This document shows, in pieces, positions 44,800-58,134 of a stretch of 64,000 nucleotides of DNA. The notes beneath the pieces are model-generated. The model had not been told where the DNA came from. It did no database searches and was given only the letters and a program-made list of their open reading frames with translations. Source of the stretch: Cyanophora paradoxa CCMP329 (lineage: Eukaryota; Plantae; Glaucophyta); the NCBI GenBank assembly GCA_004431415.1, contig QPMI01000210.1, positions 62,001-126,000 on the forward strand, read 5' to 3'. Position numbers and translations under genes: made by a program. The first letter of the stretch is position 1. Every line of letters starts with the position of its first letter.

Positions 44800-47251
44800 A
44801 TGGCTATGGCGGGCCTAGCAGCTATGGCGGATGAGCCTGCAAGTCCAAGGAGAGTAGACGAGACGGCCCCGCTTCTCAGGGTGTTAACCGCGGCGACGAA
44901 AAGGCAACCGCGGAGAGCGAGTGTGCAGCACAAGTACGTGCTCGCAGCTGAGCCCAAGGAGGCCGTTGATACGTCGTGGAGAGCCGTCGTGGTCCTCCTG
45001 TGCGCCTTCAGTATAGCCGTGGCCTACGCAGACAGGTGCGGCCCTTCTCGGGCGCTTGCGCGTTTGCGCGTGCAGCGCTGACGCGCAGCCCCTCGCACAG
45101 GTCAAATCTCTCCGTAGCTATCGTGCGTCGCTCCCGCACCCTCAGCTTGCCTTGTATGTCGCTCTCTCAAGGACGCGGCAGATTGCGATCCGCGCGGAGC
45201 TGCACTGGAGCCAGCAGACAGTCGGCCTCATCCTGGGGGCCTTCTGGTGGGGCTACCTGGCGACGCAGGTCCTGGGCGGGTGGCTCTCGCACCGCGTCGG
45301 CGGCCGCCGCGTGCTGGCGGGCGGGATCGCGCTCTGCAGCGCGGCGGCCTTCCTGCACCGGCCTGCGGCGGCGCTGGGAGCGCCCTGCTTCTTCGGCGTG
45401 CGCGTGCTGGTGGGGCTCGCGGAGGGCGTCGCCTTCCCCGCCATCCACGCGCTCCTCGCCGACTGGGTTCCCCAAGCCGAGTCCTCCCGCGCCGTCGCGG
45501 TGGTAACCTCGGCCTCCTACCTCGGCACCATCGCCGCCAACGCCGCCTCTCCGCCCCTCCTCGCCGCCCACGGCTGGCCCTCCGTCTTCTACCTCTTCGG
45601 CGCCGTCCGGCCGCCCCGCCCGCCCCGCCCGGCGCCGCCTGACGGGGGCCGCAGGTCGGGCTCGCCTGGCTGCCCCCCTGGCTCTGGCTCAGCTCGGACA
45701 AGCCGGAGCATCACCCGCGGATCGGCCCCGGCGAGCTCGCCCGCATCACCTCCGAGCGGCCCTCGAGCCGCCCCGGCACGCCCGTCCGCGGCCGGGACTC
45801 CCCCGCCCGCTCCCGCTCGAGCTCGCCGGCGCCCCTCATCGGCACACCCGTGCACGAGCGCGTGCAGCTCCTCAAGCGGCCCGTCCCCGTCCGCGCCTCG
45901 CCCCCGACCACCCCGCGCTCCTCCTCCCTCGCCGGCGACCCCGCGGCCGGCTACGGGACGCCCCGCAAGGGGAGCCTGGAGCAGGCGAAGACCCCGGCGA
46001 AGGTGCCGTGGCGGGGCCTGCTGGCCGCCCCCGAGGTCTGGGCCATCATCCTCAACCAGTTCACCAACAGCTGGGGCTTCTACGTCCTCCTCTCCTGGTG
46101 CCCGCCCTGGCCCCCATCTCTCTCTTCCCGCCCCCCCCCCCCCCCCCCCCACCCCCCCACCCCGCACCCCCCACTCCCTCCACGCCTCACCATCATCCCC
46201 TCCTCCGCGCCCTTCCCGGCAGGCTGCCGGCGTACTTCTTCGACCGCTTCAAGACGCGCATCGAGGAGCTGCCGTTCTTCGTCGTCGCACCCTACGTCGC
46301 CCAGGCCGGCGCCGGCCTCGCCGCCGGTGACCTTGTCGTCTAATCCTCCGGATACCTCCTACGACCCCTCGCTCACTCTTCTTTCTGTGCAGGCTTCGCG
46401 GCGGACGCCCTGGTCAAGCGCGGGGCCCCGCTCCTCGCCGTCCGCCGCGTCTTCCAGGCACGCCCTGCGGCCCCCGCGCCCTCGCCCCGCCCCTCGCTCA
46501 CTTATTCTCGTGTCAGGTCGTGGGGATGGTGGGCCCCGCCGTCTTCACCCTCCTCGCCGCTTTCCACGCAGACACCCCGGGGCTCGGCGCCGGTCCGCCT
46601 TCCCCCCCACTCCCCACCCCTTGCCCCTCTCCCGTACCCCCGACTCACCCTTCACCCCACAGCGTACATCACGGCGGGCCTGGGCCTGAATGCCTTCACG
46701 TTGGCAGGCGTCTCGGTCAAGTCCGCCCCGCCCGTTCCCGCCCCGCCCGCTCCCGCCCCGGCCCCGCCCCCGCCTGTGCTTGACGCGGGAGGGACGGGTC
46801 TGGTTGGGCAGCCACCTGGACATCGCGCCGTTGCACGCCGGGCTTGTCTTCGCGATGGGCAACTCCGCCGGCCAGCTTGCCGGCCTCGTCGCGTGCGCCC
46901 CACCCCATCTCATCCTCCCTTCTCCCTCCAACCCCCGGCAGGGTGCCGCTGACGGGGACGATGCTGAGCCGAGGCTGGCCGTGGGCGTCGGTCTTCGCGC
47001 TGGGGGCGGCGCTGTACGTCGTCGGGGCGGCGGCCTGGCTGCTCCTCGCCGGTGCCGAGGTCTTGCCCCTCGAGGAGGCCGAGCCCGCGCCCGAGGCCTC
47101 CCCGCCCCCGCCCCCCGCCCTCCACCCCCACCCCCACCCGCACTTGCACGCGCACCCCAACCCCCACCTCCTCCACCACAACTGCAAGCCCCCGGGTGCG
47201 GCCGCGCGCCCCTCCTTCCAGCGCCCTCCCGCCGGTCTGGGCTCGAGGTGA
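44800..47251 (+). CDS. MFS anion/phosphate transporter, SLC17 (ACS)/PHT4 family
   Basis: IAVAYADRSNLSVAI, GLILGAFWWGYLATQVLGGWLS, RVLVGLAEGVAFPAIHALL, VPWRGLL..VWAII, HLDIAPLHAGLVFAMGNSAG. Confidence 0.9.
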
Positions 47252-47811
47252 CGCCGGCTTCCGATCCGCAGGCACGTTCGGCTCGGGCACTGTCCACCCC
47301 CACCCTGGCGCCCTCGCGATCGAGCACGCCTCCGAATCCCCCGTCTGACGTCCAAGCGTCTGAGGCGACGGCCCCGGATCTGGAGCTCACGAGTTCGCTG
47401 GGCTACTATAGCTAGTAGTCGCCTGTTCTTTGACCGTTACTGAAGGACAGATTCGCGAATACGCTGCCACAGCCTGCCAGGCGCCGGCGCCGCCGGCTGC
47501 GCGATATGCGCGTGCTCGAGCTCAGCGCGCGGCGGTTGACGCGAATTGCGCGATCAATTTGAGGGGGGACAGATCTAACCCGGGTACATACACCTCGATC
47601 GTAGAAGCACGTGCAAGAGCGCGCGTGGAACTTGAGCGCTTCGTGGCAGCCGGAGAGTGTTCGCGTCACACAGCACAAATCGAGGCGCCCCGGTTCTAAG
47701 GTGTGCGCGCGCGCAACGCAAAACTCGGCAAGCACGCGAACATACGTCAAGCCCAGCAGCGGCTCACCACGGTCGCGGGCGCAGAATCACTGAGATCACT
47801 AGTTGTGCATC

Positions 47812-50800
47812 ATGCCTCCTTTCCCTGGCCGCGAGTACGTGGCCGGCCCAGAAGCCGTGGTGGACGTGCCCGTGCGAGGTAACCCACGCGAGCGCGTTGC
47901 GCGTGCCTGGCTGCTCGGGCTAACTTTCCGCGCCCGATCCCTCAGAGGTGGGGAAGAAGGAGTGGCAGCGCGTTACGAACCCGCCGCGGGTCTCGGGCGC
48001 CCCATGGCTGTTCGGGGACGCCGATCTCTCCCTGTGCCAGCCAAACCTGCGCACAGCCACCAGGCAGGACCTCCTCACGTACCTGGAGAACACCTGGGTC
48101 CGCGCGCGCGACAGATGCGACGCGCACGCACTGCCGAATCGGTGGCGCCGGTTCGTGCCTGACACCGCTTTCTGCGCACAGGCACTTTACGAGACGCTGT
48201 TTCGTTCGATCAAGGAGGGTCTGTCCGTTTTTGTTGTAGTGCCCCCGATCTCCCTTGCGCACTCACACGACCCGCAGAAGCGTTGTTCGTCATCGCGAAT
48301 CCGCTGCGGCGGCCGCTGATCTTCTACCTCTGCCACACGGCTGTTCTCTACATCAACAAGGTCTGCAAGCTGGTCGATCGCGCCCCGGACTCCTTCCGCC
48401 GGTAACGCTCGCGGCAGATGCACCTGGCGAAGCTTTGCGATCGGATCAACCCGCACTTCGAGAACATCTTCCAGACGGGCGTAGACGAGATGAGCTGGGA
48501 CGATATGGACCTCAACAAGTGCCCGCCGGCGATCGTTCCTCTTTCGTTTCCTTTCCTCACCGCCCTCTTTCCTTCCTTCTCGCAGCTACGACTGGCCGAG
48601 CGCGGCGGAGGTGTGGGACTACCGCCGGAAGACTTTCGAGACGCTCGAAAACGTCATCCTCAACCACCCCGCCTACAAGCTCCCCATCACCATGGACGAC
48701 CCCTTCTGGGGTGCGCCACGCCCCGCCCGAGCCGCCCGGCCCCGCCTCGGCGCCGATCAGAGCTTTCCCCCTCCGCAGCCGTCGTCATGGGCTTCGAACA
48801 CGACCGCAGTGCGCCCGGGCCCCGCCCCGCCGCCGCCCTCCGCGCGCGCTGCGCCGCCGCTGACGCCTCATTCCCGACCGGCCCCGCAGTCCACCTGGAG
48901 ACGAGCGCGGTGCTGATCCGGGAGCTGCCGCTGAAGTACGTGGCGAAGCCGCTCTCGTGGCGCTACGGACCGAACAACGCGGATAGGCCCCAGGACGCCC
49001 CCAAGAACGAGGCGCGCCGCGCCCCGCCGCGCCCCGCAGCTGCCCGGGTCACGCCGGCAGCAGATGATCGAGGTGCCGGAGGGGATCGTGGACATCGGGA
49101 AGCCGCGGGACTTCCCGACGTACGGGTGGGACAACGAGTACGGGCGGAAGCTCGTGGCCGTCCCCGCCTTCAAGGCGGCCAAGTTCCTCGTCACCAACGC
49201 CGAGTTCCTCGCCTTCGTCGAGGCCGGCGGCTACAAGGAGCGCCGCCTCTGGGACGAGGAGGGCTGGCGCTGGGTCACCTACAAGAAGGCCGAGCACCCC
49301 GTCTTCTGGGTGAGGCGCGACGACGGCGGCTACGCGTACCGCGCGACCTACGACGTCATCGAGATGCCGTGGAGCTGGCCCGTCGACGTCAACTGCCTCG
49401 AGGCGAAGGCCTTCTGCCGCTGGAAGGGCCCCGAGTACCGCCTCGTCTCGGAGGCGGAGCACCACCGGATGCGGGACCCCGTGCCCGACGGCCTCAAGCC
49501 CAAGGTCGAGCGGGACATCCAGTTCCGCCCCGAGGTGCCCCCGCCCCGCCCCTCGCCCCTCGCCCGGCCCGCGCCCCCACGAGCTGAGCGCGGGCGGGGC
49601 AGGTGCCGGGGAACCTGAACATGCGGTGGCACAGCGCGACGCCGGTGGACATGTACCCGCGGACCTCGCAGGGCTTCCACGACGCGCACGGCAACGTGTG
49701 GGAGTGGACCGAGGACTGGTTCCACCCGCTCCCGGGCTTCCAGATCCACCCCCTCTACGACGACTTCTCCACCCCCTGCTTCGACAACCGCCACAACATG
49801 GTACCGCCGCCCATCGCCCTTTCCTGTGGAGGGCGCCGGCTCAGGGGGCCCCCGGGCAGATCATGGGCGGGTCGTGGGTCTCGACGGGCGACGAGGCCTC
49901 GAGCTTCGCCCGCTTCCACTTCCGCCGCCACTTCTTCCAGAACCTCGGTGCGCCCGCCCGGCGCCCCTCGCGCTCGCGCGCGGCGCCTCACGCCGGGAGC
50001 TCGCGTGCAGGCTTCCGGTACTGCGTGGGCCCCGAGCCGAAGCAGAGCGCGACGCTGCAGCAGTCGGTGTACGAGTCGGGCAAGTCGCTGGCGGAGTACC
50101 TGCTCTTCCACTTCGGGCGGCGGGAGGAGGTGGTGGCCATCGAGGCCCCCGTCGACTTCGCCCTCGAGTTCCCGCGCCGCTGCGCCGAGGAGTGCATCGC
50201 GGCCCTGCGCGCCGCGCGGGGCCCCGGGGCCGGCCTCGCCGAGGCGACGGCGCTGGACGTCGGCTGCGCGGTGGGGCGCTCGACGTTCGAGCTGGCGCGG
50301 CACGTGCGGAGCGCCTTGGGCGTCGACTTCAGCGCCCGCTTCATCGCCGCCGCCGACCGCCTCCGCGAGCGCGGCTGGGAGGAGTACCCCCGCACCGAGG
50401 AGGGCGCCATCGAGGTCCCCGCGCGCGCCGAGGTCGACCCCGCCATCGACCGCGCCCGCGTCAAGTTCGCCCAGGGCGACGCGTGCAACCTGCCGGCGAC
50501 GCTGCCGGCGTACGACGTGGTGCTCGCGGCGAACCTGATCGACCGCCTGCACCACCCGCTCGACTTCCTGAACCGCCTGCCGGACCTGGTCAAGCCCGGC
50601 GGCGTCGCGGTGATCACCTCGCCCTACACGTGGCTGGAGGAGTTCACGCAGCGGGAGTTCTGGCTCGGGGGCAAGGAGGAGGGGCGGGGCACGGCGGAGG
50701 GCCTGCGGGAGGCGATGCGGGAGCGCGGCTTCGCGCCCCTCTTCGAGAAGGACCTCCCCTTCCTCATCGTGCGCCCCCCCGCCCCCGCCCCCGCCACGCC

Positions 50801-50902
50801 CCCCGCCAGCTCACCCCGGCACCCCAGCGCGAGCACCGCCGCAAGTACCAGCTCTCCTTCGCCCACTGCACCGCCTGGAAGCGCGTCCCCGCCTCCCAGT
50901 GA
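47812..50902 (+). CDS. ovoA: OvoA, 5-histidylcysteine sulfoxide synthase / methyltransferase (ovothiol biosynthesis)
   Basis: PLRRPLIFYLCHTAVLYINK, GVDEMSWDD, MGFEHDRVHLETSAVLIREL (HX3HXE iron motif), FGE-like domain (YGWDNEYG, GNVWEW, FRRHFFQ) and a C-terminal SAM-MTase (ALDVGCAVGRSTFELA, QGDACNL, AANLIDRL). Confidence 0.93.
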
Positions 50903-51407
50903 GGGGCCCCCGGAGCCCCGCGTCCCCCAAACCGGCCCCGCCGCGCACGTGCACTCGCCTCCTCTACAGAGTTTTTCACGCAGTTTTTCGCTCAGGCTCG
51001 CCAATTCGTTTACAGTTTCAATTTCAGGCTCCTTATCGTATCGATGCAATAGCCCCCCGCGGACCCGTCCGGGTCCCGCAGCAGTTCTATACTCTAATAA
51101 ATATATGTCAAACCATGCGCAAGCCCTCAATTGCAAGAATTTGCAACGCAAACCGCCGGGGAGCACTAGTACTGCGCGCGGGGCAGATATCGACTCGGCG
51201 ATGGATATCTATAGCTATAGCTAGCCTTTAGCTAGTAGGCTAGGAACCGGCCCGGTGGTGGGCTGATCGGGCGGTCGGACAGTCTCGTAGCACATTTTCG
51301 CGAGCCACGGTGCACATGAATCGTCGCCGCGGCGCAGCAATTGCAATTGAAGTCCAGCACAGATCTAGAAGCGGTGCGTACCCGGCCCAGCTGCAAAGTC
51401 GGTGCAG

Positions 51408-53419
51408 ATGGCTCTTCGGCCGATGCCGGCGCACCGCTGGGCACTCGCGTGCCTGCTGGCGCTGGCGGCGCTGCAGGTCGCAGCTGCGCAGCGCCAGGTC
51501 GTCATCTTCGATACGGACGTCGGTGCGGCGCGCCCAGCCCCGCGCTAGCGCGCGTACGCGCACGAGACGCGACTGCAGACCACGAAGACCTCTTTGGGAT
51601 GCTCTTCCTCGCGCGGTCGCCCCTCGTCGACATGCGGCTCGTCGTCATACACGGCGGCGGCTTCGGCGAGGTCACCTGGGGCGTGGACCACGCCAGCAAG
51701 CTTCTCTCGGTGCGCCATGCGTCCAGCTGCGCGCCGCAGTTGGATCGCCAGCTCCTGCAGGGCGCTTTGTCGGCTCGGGTCGCGGCTTGACCGGCCCGCC
51801 GCTCACGCCCCTCCCGCGACGCACAGCACGTCGGAATGACGCACGTACGCGTGTGCGCGGGGCCGGAGAAGGCCCTCACTGCCCTCGGCGTGGCGAACAA
51901 GGAGAAGATCCCCAAGCTCTGGCTCGCGGGCCTGCGAAACATGTTCGGCGCGCCTGCGCCGGCCGGAGCGCTCCTGCGTTCCCGTCCGCGCCGCTGACTG
52001 CGCGCCGGGTGTCGCAGGGCTGATGGACGAGCTGCCTCCCGGGAAGGCGCGGGCGTGCCCGACGGGCGGCGTGGAGGCGATGGCGGCCCTCATCAAATCT
52101 TCCAAGACGCGCGTCAAGGCGCGCGGGGCGCGGCGCGCAGCTCAGCTCGGCCGAAGCTTGAGCGCGCGCGGCCTCAGATCGTGTCGACGGGGGGCCTGAC
52201 GGCGATCGCGGAGCTCTTCCGGCGGCACCCCGAGCTGCGGACGGCGGTGGACGTCGTCGCGATGGGCGGCGCCGTCTACCACCCGGGCAACCTCAACGTC
52301 GGCGACTTCCAGAGCGTCCCCGACAACCGCGTCGCCGAGTGGAACGGCCCGCCCGCCCGCCGCCCGCCGCCGCGCCGCCGTCCGACGCGCTGGGCAGTGT
52401 TCCTGGACCCGGTGGCGGCGCGGGAGGTGCTGCAGGACGCGACGGCGGCGGGCGCGCGCGTGCTGCTCGTGCCCCTCGACGCCACGCGCGACGTGCCGAT
52501 GACGCCGGCCTTCCACCGCCGCCTGGGGGCCATCGCGAGCGGGGGCGGCATGCCCGGCACGAGCGCCTCGCCCCACGCCGTCTTCCTCCACCGCCTCATG
52601 TCCGCCTTCCGCGGCGTCGAGGGCAGGGACTTCGAGAACCTGTGCCCGCTCCCCCGCCTCCCCCCCCCCCCCCCCCCCCCCCCCCGCCCCGCCAGCAACT
52701 GCGAGCGGCGCAGGTACTTCTGGGACACGCTGACGTGCGTGGCGGCGGTGAAGCCGACGGTGGTGGCGGCGCGGACGGTGCGGCTGCGCGTGGACGTCTC
52801 CGACGGCCCCGCCTCGGGGCAGACGGCGGAGGACCGGGACGGGACCTTCGGGGGCGGGCCCCTCCAGGTCAGCCCTCCCGGGCCCCCGCCCGCTGCCCTC
52901 CGCCGGCCCCCAGGAGGCGGCCCCTGCGGCCACGAGCGCTGCCCTCGTCCTCCCTCGCCCCCCGCCTTCGCTCACGGCGGGGGCGGGCAGGTGGCGGTGG
53001 CGGCGGACACGCCCTTCTTCGAGGAGGAGTTCTTCACCACCCTCGGGCCCTTCGTCCGCCCCGCCCTCCCCCCGCCCCCTGCCCCCGCCTCCACATACGC
53101 CTCCGAAGGCTCTCCATGGGCCGGGCCGGCCAGGCCGCCGATCGCGAGCGCCCCCGCGCGGGACCCTAGGCTAGACGGCGCGGACGCCGGCGCTTGATGT
53201 AGACCTAGACGTGGGGGCAGCGCATGCCCTCCTCGCGGCCCCCTGACGCCGGGGCCGCTGCAGTCGCACGGGGCGGAGTACGCGGCGGCGGGCCTGAGCG
53301 CCGGGGTGGACGCCGCCGAGGAGGAGCTCCTCCGCGCCGCCGCCGCCGCCGCCGCAGACGCCGACGAGGCGACGCAGGGGGCCCAGGCGGCCCAGGGGGA
53401 GGCCGCCCCCGCCGCGTAG
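51408..53419 (+). CDS. Inosine/uridine-preferring nucleoside hydrolase family protein with signal peptide
   Basis: Hydrophobic leader, VVIFDTDVDHED, TGGLTAIA, VAMGGAVYHPGN, AEWNVFLDPVAA, VPLDAT, YFWD. The 3' end is either 53197 or a further exon ending at 53419. Confidence 0.8.
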
Positions 53420-53566
53420 CTCGGGGCAACTGTACAGCGCGAATTCGAACCAGAGGCGCTTGGATCGGAGGCTGGGGTACAGAATGGGGAGGGGAGGAGA
53501 GGAGAGGGGCCGGCCACTGTGCAGCACGGCCAGAGAGGCTCGGATCGAATTGAGGGGTAGGGGGCG

Positions 53567-55376
53567 TCAGGGGAAGGGGGCGCGGGGGGCGAGGAGGGGC
53601 ACGAAGCCGCAGGCGGGGCACTCGGAGGCGGGGCCCTCGCGCTCGAACATGCAGCTCGGGCACGCCAGCCCCAGCCCCCCGCCCGCCCCCGCCGCCCCCA
53701 CCGCCAGCGCTCCACCCGGCCGCCGGCCGGCGAGCTGGGGGGTGGCAGGGTCCATTCAGCTGTCTGCGCGGGGACGTGTGGGGGGCGTGCGGGCGGACCT
53801 GGGAGGGGGGGTCGTGGCCGGGGCCGCCGCCGCCGTCGTCGTCGTCTTCCGAGAGGTCGATCACCGCCGGCGCCCCAGCCGCCGCCCCCGCCCGGCCTGC
53901 CGCGGGGGGGCCCGGCCCCCGCGGCCGGCGGGGGCCCGCCGCCCCGCGGCCGCACCGCCTCGCACATCTGCGGCGGGCCGGGCGTCGCGGGCGCCCCGGG
54001 CGTCTGGGACGGGGCGGGGGCGGGCGGGCGCGCCTCGCAGTAGTCGCTCCGCCCCTCGTTTGCGTACGTGCAGGAAGGGCAGTCCCACTTGGGCCGCTCC
54101 GACGGCGACGGCGAGCGCGAGCGGCCCCGCGGCACTGCAGCGCGGCGGCGCGGGGCCGGCGTGGGCGCGAGGCGGCGCTGGCGGCGCTGGCGGCGAGCCG
54201 AGGCGCGCACGCGGCGGGCGGTCGTAGGACGGTGCGCTCGAGCTGCCGCCGCTTCCGCTGCCACTGCCGCTGGGCCCCGCCTGTGGCCCGTTGGCGCCGC
54301 GCCACTGCGGCGCCGGCCCTGCGCGCCTCCGTCGGGAAGACGGGCTGCGGGGAGGGCGTGGGGGACGGCACGGGGCGCACGGTTGGACTGCCCGCCGGCG
54401 CGGTCCCTCCGCATGCCCTTCGTGATGTGCTCGTCGAGCCAGTGGACCTGCGCGGCAGCGCGCGGTGAGGGCGCCGGCAGCCGGCGGGGGCGGGGGCGGG
54501 GGCGGGGGGGGCGTGCCTCGGAGACGAAGGACTGGAGGGTGCTGGAGACGGTGTTGTTGCGGAAGCCGAGGAGGACGGTGGTCTTGCCCAGGTCCGACGC
54601 CACCGTCACCGCGTCCTCGAAGTCCACGTCCCCCGTCAGCAGAGCGACCTCGTCCGCCTTCCCCTGGAAGCACGCCTTCACCAGCGCCACCGCGATCCTG
54701 CCCGCGCACCCCCGCCCCGCTCGGAGGCTACCGGCGGTCGGGCCGGCGGCGAGCGGGGCGGGCGCAGCGCACCCGACGTCGACGCCGGCCTGCTCCTGCC
54801 CCTGCGTCTGCTGCTTGCAGTGGCGGCAGAAGACGCTCTTCGCTTTCATCCGGTGCCGGCTGACTCGGAACTGCGGCCCATCCGGCGGCGCGCGGGAGAG
54901 CAGGTTTTCGAACTAGGTTGGAGGCGTGAGCGGCGGCGGGTTGCCCGCGCCGGCGTGGAGAGGAAGGCCCGCACCCTCCTGAAATTTTCTTTTGCGTCAG
55001 GCCTATCCGGCGACGCAGTGAAGTACAGGCGCTCGTAGAAGCTCCCCTTGCACAGGTGCTCGAGCAGCTTGCGGAAGGCTATCCAGTCGAACTGCGCGAC
55101 GGATCAGGGCATAGGGATGATCGTTCGCATCTCGCAGCAAACCTCCTCGCGCGGGATCTTGTAGTGCCGTTCGAGGCACTGTTCGAGGTACGCGCCGTCG
55201 ATTATGAGCAGGCGCTTCTTTGATCCTGACGCGGCTGCTGCAGCCGCAGGCGCCGGCGAAACGTGGGCTGCCGGTGCCCCCTGCATCGCTCCGGGCCCAT
55301 CGCCCCACGCCTGAGCATGAGTTCAGCAAGCGGGCCGGCCCTCGCGCGCTCCAGCGGCAGCGCGCACCTCCGCCAT
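53567..55376 (-). CDS. NYN (LabA/DUF88, PIN-like) domain protein with two RanBP2-type zinc fingers
   Basis: LLIIDGAYL, EQAGVDVGIAVAL, VALLTGDVDF..GKTTVLLGF; zinc fingers WDCPSCTYANE...CEMCE and ACPSCMFE....ECPAC. Confidence 0.8.
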
Positions 55377-55539
55377 GTCCAGACTCTAGCGCTGTTCCTG
55401 TCGATCGTTCGCGCAGTTGGAGTTGCTGAAGTGGCTGAACTTCAGCTGCTGAACTACAGCTGACCGCTGCTCAGCGGCTGCTCAGCCGCTGCTCAGCGGC
55501 TGCTGCGGGCGCGGGGTACAAGTGCCCGAAAAACTTTCG

Positions 55540-58134
55540 ATGCGGGCGTTCCAGCGGCTCGCGCGGGCTGCTGGCGCGTCGCTGGCGTCCGCCACGACCG
55601 TGCGGCGGGTCGGCGCCGTCGCCGGGGCCGCTGCCGTCGCGGCCGGCGCGTGGGCGGCTTCCGACGGCTGGATCGCCCTGCCGTGGCCGGTCCGCGCCGC
55701 CTCTCTGCCGCCGCCTCGAAGAGAGATCGCGGGCTGACGTGCGGGTGTCGCGCAGGTCGCCGTCACGTACGCAGAGGCCAAGAGTGCGCCGCGCCGGGCT
55801 TGACACCGCCGCGGCGGGGCCCCTAAGCGCGCCGCGTGCAGGGGCTCCGCGGCACGTGAGTGCGGCGGCGGTGAAGGAGCTGCAGCAGCTGCTCGGGGAC
55901 CGCCTGTCGCTGGACGAGGGCGAGCGGGAGCACCACGGGAAGGACGTCTCCTGGTGCGGCGCCCCGCGCGGCGCGGCGCCGGCGCCGCGCCGACGGAGCT
56001 CGGCGCGACAGGCACGAGGGCCACCCGCCGCACGCGGTGGCGTACCCGCGGACGACGGAGGAGGTGAGCGGGATCGTGAAGATCTGCTCGAAGCACGGTG
56101 TGCCGATCATCCCCTACGGCTCCGGCACCTCCCTCGAGGGCCACACCACCGCCCTCGTCGGCGGTGCGCCCCGCGCCCTCCACCCGCGCAGCCCCCGCCT
56201 CGCTCAAACCTTGCGCGACGGCGGGCAGGGCTGTGCGTGGACATGTCGGGGATGAACAAGGTGCTGGCCGTCAACGTGGACGACCAGGACTGCGTCGTCG
56301 AGGCGCGCCTTTCTTTTCCACGCGACTCGGTCGACTGCTCAAATTTGACGCGCGGGGCGCGGCAGGCGGGGGTGCCCTGGCAGGACCTCAACGAGCACCT
56401 CGCCCCCTACGGCCTCTTCTTCCCCATGGCCCGCCCGCCCACCCGCCCCCTTCCTCTCGCCCCCGCCACGCGGCTCAGGCCCCCGCAGGACCCCGGGCCG
56501 AACGCCTCCATCGGCGGCATGGTGCCGGCCCGCCAGCCCCGCCCCGCCCCGCGGGGCCGAGCGTGGCCGGCGGGCCGCAGGTGGGGACGAGCTGCAGCGG
56601 CCCCAACGCGGTGCGCTACGGCACGATGAAGGCCAACGTCCTCGGCCTCAAGGCGCGCCTCTGCGCACCCCGGCTCCGCGCTCGTGTACCCCGCCGCCTG
56701 ACGCCCGGGCGGCGGGCGCCCCGGCAGGTCGTGCTCCCCTCGGGCGACGTCATCAAGGCGCGGCGCACTCCCCCTCCCCATCAGACGGCGCTCCGCTCAT
56801 GGAACGCCCCTCACCCCCCTCCCCCCAGACGGCGAACCGGGCGCGGAAGAGCTCGGCGGGGTACGACCTGACGCGGCTGTTCGTGGGGTCGGAGGGGACG
56901 CTGGGCCTGGTGACGGAGGCGACGCTGAAGCTGCAGCGGGTGCCGGCCGCCTCGAGCGTTGCCGTCTGCGACTTCCCCTCCGTGGAGGCCGCCTCGCGCG
57001 CCGTCATCGCCCTCTTCAAGCGCGGCGTCGTCGTCGGCAAGGCCCGCCCCCGCCCCGCCCCCGCCCCACCCCCGCCCCGGCCCGCGGCGCCGGTGACGGG
57101 GCGGCAGGTGGAGCTGCTGGACGCGCCGATGGTCAAGGCCATCAACCTCCACGCCGGCTTCTCCTTCCCCCGCCCGCCCCCGGCCCCGCCCCGGCCCCGC
57201 CCGCCCCCGCCCCCCTGACGCCCACGGCGGGCCTCGCAGAGCGGCCGCACATCTTCTTCGAGTTCACGGGGACGCCGGCGACGGTGGAGGAGTCGGCGGC
57301 GATCACGCGGGGCATCGCGGGGGAGCACGGCGGCGGCGCCTTCGCGTACGCCACCGACCCCGAGGAGAAGAGGCGCCTCTGGAGGGCCCGCAAGGAGGCC
57401 TTCTGGGCCGCCGGCACCCTCCGCCCGGGCTCCCAGGCGAGCGAGCGAGCCGGCGGGGGCCCCTCGCGCCCCCCCCGGGGCGCCGCGCGCTGAGGGGCCC
57501 GCAGGTGTGGACGACGGACGTGTGCGTGCCGGTGTCGCGCCTCGCCGACTGCATCCACGAGACGGCCGAGGACCTCGCCCGCTCCTCCCTCATCGCCCCC
57601 CTCGTCGGCCCGCCCCGCCCCGCCCCGCCCCGGCCCCTCCTCGTCGCCCCCGGCGACATCCTCTCGCGACGCGCAGGGCACGTGGGGGACGGCAACTTCC
57701 ACCTCCTCGTCCTCCTCGACCCCGAGTGCGCTGCGGGGGCCCGGGGCGCCTCCCCGCCCCCTCCGCCCCGCCCCGCCTCACCCGCCCCAGGAACCCCGCC
57801 GAGCTCGCCGAGGCCCGCCGCATCAACGGGCGTCTCATCCGCAGGTCCCCTCCCCCGCCCCGGCTCTCCAATCCCCTGCTCCTCTGAGCGGCGGGGCCGC
57901 GCAGGGCGATCGCGATGGACGGGACGTGCACGGGCGAGCACGGCATCGGCATCGGCAAGATGGTGCCGCCGCCCCCCACGGCGCCCGCCGCCGCCCCCGC
58001 GGCTCATCCCCCGCTGGCAGGAGTTCCTGGCTGAGGAGCTGGGGCCCGGGGCCGTGGATCTCATGCGCACGATCAAGCGCGCCGTGGACCCCAAGGGCAT
58101 CATGAACCCCGGCAAGATCTTCACCGACAACTGA
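55540..58134 (+). CDS. LDHD: D-lactate dehydrogenase (cytochrome), FAD-linked oxidase family, mitochondrial
   Basis: PIIPYGSGTSLEGH, DPGPNASIGGM, RYGTMKANV, ARKSSAGYDLTRLFVGSEGTLG, TTDVCVPVSRL, GHVGDGNFH, GTCTGEHGIGIGK, DPKGIMNPGK. Confidence 0.93.

Noticed and set aside
42539-58134. ARH / transporter / OvoA / nucleoside hydrolase / NYN / LDHD as a metabolic or defence gene cluster
   Set aside because: There is no shared pathway. All are intron-rich ordinary host genes, and adjacency alone is not evidence.
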